Part shown: one piece after another, positions 62,415 to 63,840 of the stretch
How the letters are laid out: every line of letters starts with the position of its first letter
How positions within the stretch are numbered: position 1 is the first letter of the stretch
Assembly (NCBI RefSeq): GCF_001194135.2
Contig: NC_068992.1
Coordinates: 63,556,856-63,620,695, forward strand
Direction: 5' to 3'
Length of the DNA stretch: 63,840 nucleotides
DNA from: Octopus bimaculoides
Taxonomy: Eukaryota
Notes under the pieces: model-generated
The model's input: only the letters and a program-made list of their open reading frames with translations
Databases searched by the model: none
Told to the model about the DNA's origin: nothing
Made by a program: the position numbers and the translations under genes

Positions 62415-62699
62415 AAGATAGACATGAATGTATGCATGCACATTTCTATATTATGAATATGTATGTATGTGTGTGTGTGTTTGTGTGTGCATGCTGGAAT
62501 ACGTTAGTGCAGGGAATTCTTCATGTATATGAGCGTATTTAAATGAATATATCTGTGTACATGTGTGCACACGAGTGTGAGTGCGTGTATCTTGTTATAC
62601 GCAAGCGCTGGGCAAACTGATTGTGACACTTCGTTTCGAAACCACGAGATTTAGCGTTCAACCTTGTTCTTTATGACCTTTGTTTATCTCCTAAACTGC

Positions 62700-62937
62700 A
62701 GGAGAACCTCAGTGTCAGTCACTTTGAAGACACCGAGAAAATGGAGGCTGAGACAAGGGTTCTGGTTACCTTAACCTTTGGGGACTTCACGGGGGCCTTC
62801 ATGAAGTGGCTGGAACATTATAATAAGTTCACCGAAGTCAAAGGATTCTTCTATGGAGTTGATTGGTGTTCTTTGCTTCTTTGAAATTAATAAATTTCTC
62901 TCCGGAAAATGTCTCAAAACTTCTAGAATGCACCTCG
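62700..62937 (+). mobile_element. Mariner 3' fragment with right TIR
   Basis: HFEDTEKM...GAFMKWLEHYNKF translation; ends gtctcaaaacttctagaatgcacctcg|ta. Confidence 0.7.
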
Positions 62938-62947
62938 TAGGATAAGT

Positions 62948-63440
62948 AGTTCAGATGCTGACATCAAATTCAGAAAAACACAAGCGTGAACAGCATGTCA
63001 CAAACTCAAGAGAGTATGGAAGTGAAGACTGTTAAGAGGAACTGAAATCGGACTGTTCCTTACCGCTGTTGTGTCAGTGTTCGTATGGCAGTGAAACATG
63101 GACACTTATTGAACAAACAAGCAAGAGTTTAGAAAGTGGCAATACAAGAATGATACGAAGGGCCTGGGATGCTAAATGACTACAGTAGCTGAGCATCTTT
63201 ATGGAAGCCTTCCAAAAGTGGCCAACAAAATCAAAGAACGACGGTTTCGCATGTCAAGTCACTGCATGCTGCACCAGAAAGAAGAAGCGTGAAAACTTTT
63301 GCCCAGAGAGGTCATAGGATTGGATTCTATCCACGAACTGAAGGCGACCATTATGAGTCGAGATGCTTGACGAAATGACTTTGACTTCGAAGACAAGGTG
63401 GGAACCCGATCAAAGTAAAGTATCAAAGTATCAAAGTAAA
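62948..63440 (+). mobile_element. RTE-clade LINE 3' fragment with a short repeat tail
   Basis: SSDADIKFRK, LKIGLFLTAVVSV, YGSETWTL, HLYGSLPKVANKIKERRFR; tail (caaagtaaagtat)-like repeats. Confidence 0.85.
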
Positions 63441-63484
63441 GATATACACCCGATAGAAACAAATGTATATATTAATGAAAATTA

Positions 63485-63703
63485 GGCGAAGAACTGGCAG
63501 AATCGTCAATATGCCGGGCAAAAAGCTTAATAGCATGTCGTCCGTCCTTGCGTTTTGAGTTCAAATTCCTCCGAGGTCGACTTTGCCTTTCATCATTTCG
63601 GAGTCGATAAATTAAGTAACAGTGAAACACCGGGGGTCAATATAAGCGACTTACCCCTTCTCCATAAATTGTTGCCCTTGTGCCAAAATTTGAATACAAT
63701 ATA
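63485..63703 (+). mobile_element. SINE family A, full copy
   Basis: ctggcagaatcgtc...gagttcaaattcctccgaggtcgactttgcctttcatcatttcggagtcgataaattaagta. Confidence 0.92.
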
Positions 63704-63840
63704 TTAAATAAAATTTATTAATTTGTTTAATATTCTACAAACCTATGCATTGTGTGAATTATAAATGTTTTGCAAAGCCACAACAATGTACTCTTTTATT
63801 CTTTTAATAGTTTTAGTCATTTGACTGCGGCCATGCTGGA

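Noticed and set aside
2189-62443. Numerous long ORFs rich in YI/CV/HT/X
   Set aside because: They are translations of (TA)n, (CA)n and (TACA)n microsatellites and N-gaps, not genes.

Overview
This is AT-rich, microsatellite-dense eukaryotic DNA with many assembly gaps. The repeat families look like those of an octopus (coleoid cephalopod) genome; that assignment is inferred from SINE recognition and was not verified. I can support no intact host protein-coding gene, and most ORFs in the track are artefacts of microsatellites or N-gaps. The window is intergenic or intronic DNA filled with three tRNA-derived SINE families, LINE 3' fragments (two RTE, two CR1/L2-like), Tc1/mariner elements (two DD34D mariners, one DD37D), mariner-, Tc2- and Tigger-type MITEs, a Chapaev-like transposase relic, two minisatellites and several fold-back palindromes. 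The main unexplained signal is about 15 hammerhead-ribozyme-like motifs (about 10 sequence families) on both strands. Most have the minimal type-I layout: stem I, CUGANGA-like core, stem II, GAAA, a palindromic stem III, then NUH. Several sit in Penelope-like element (PLE) termini, and two lie inside long fold-back elements. Only two or three keep a fully canonical core, and recurrent core variants (C4, U6) are seen. All structures were read by eye; no search or folding program was run.
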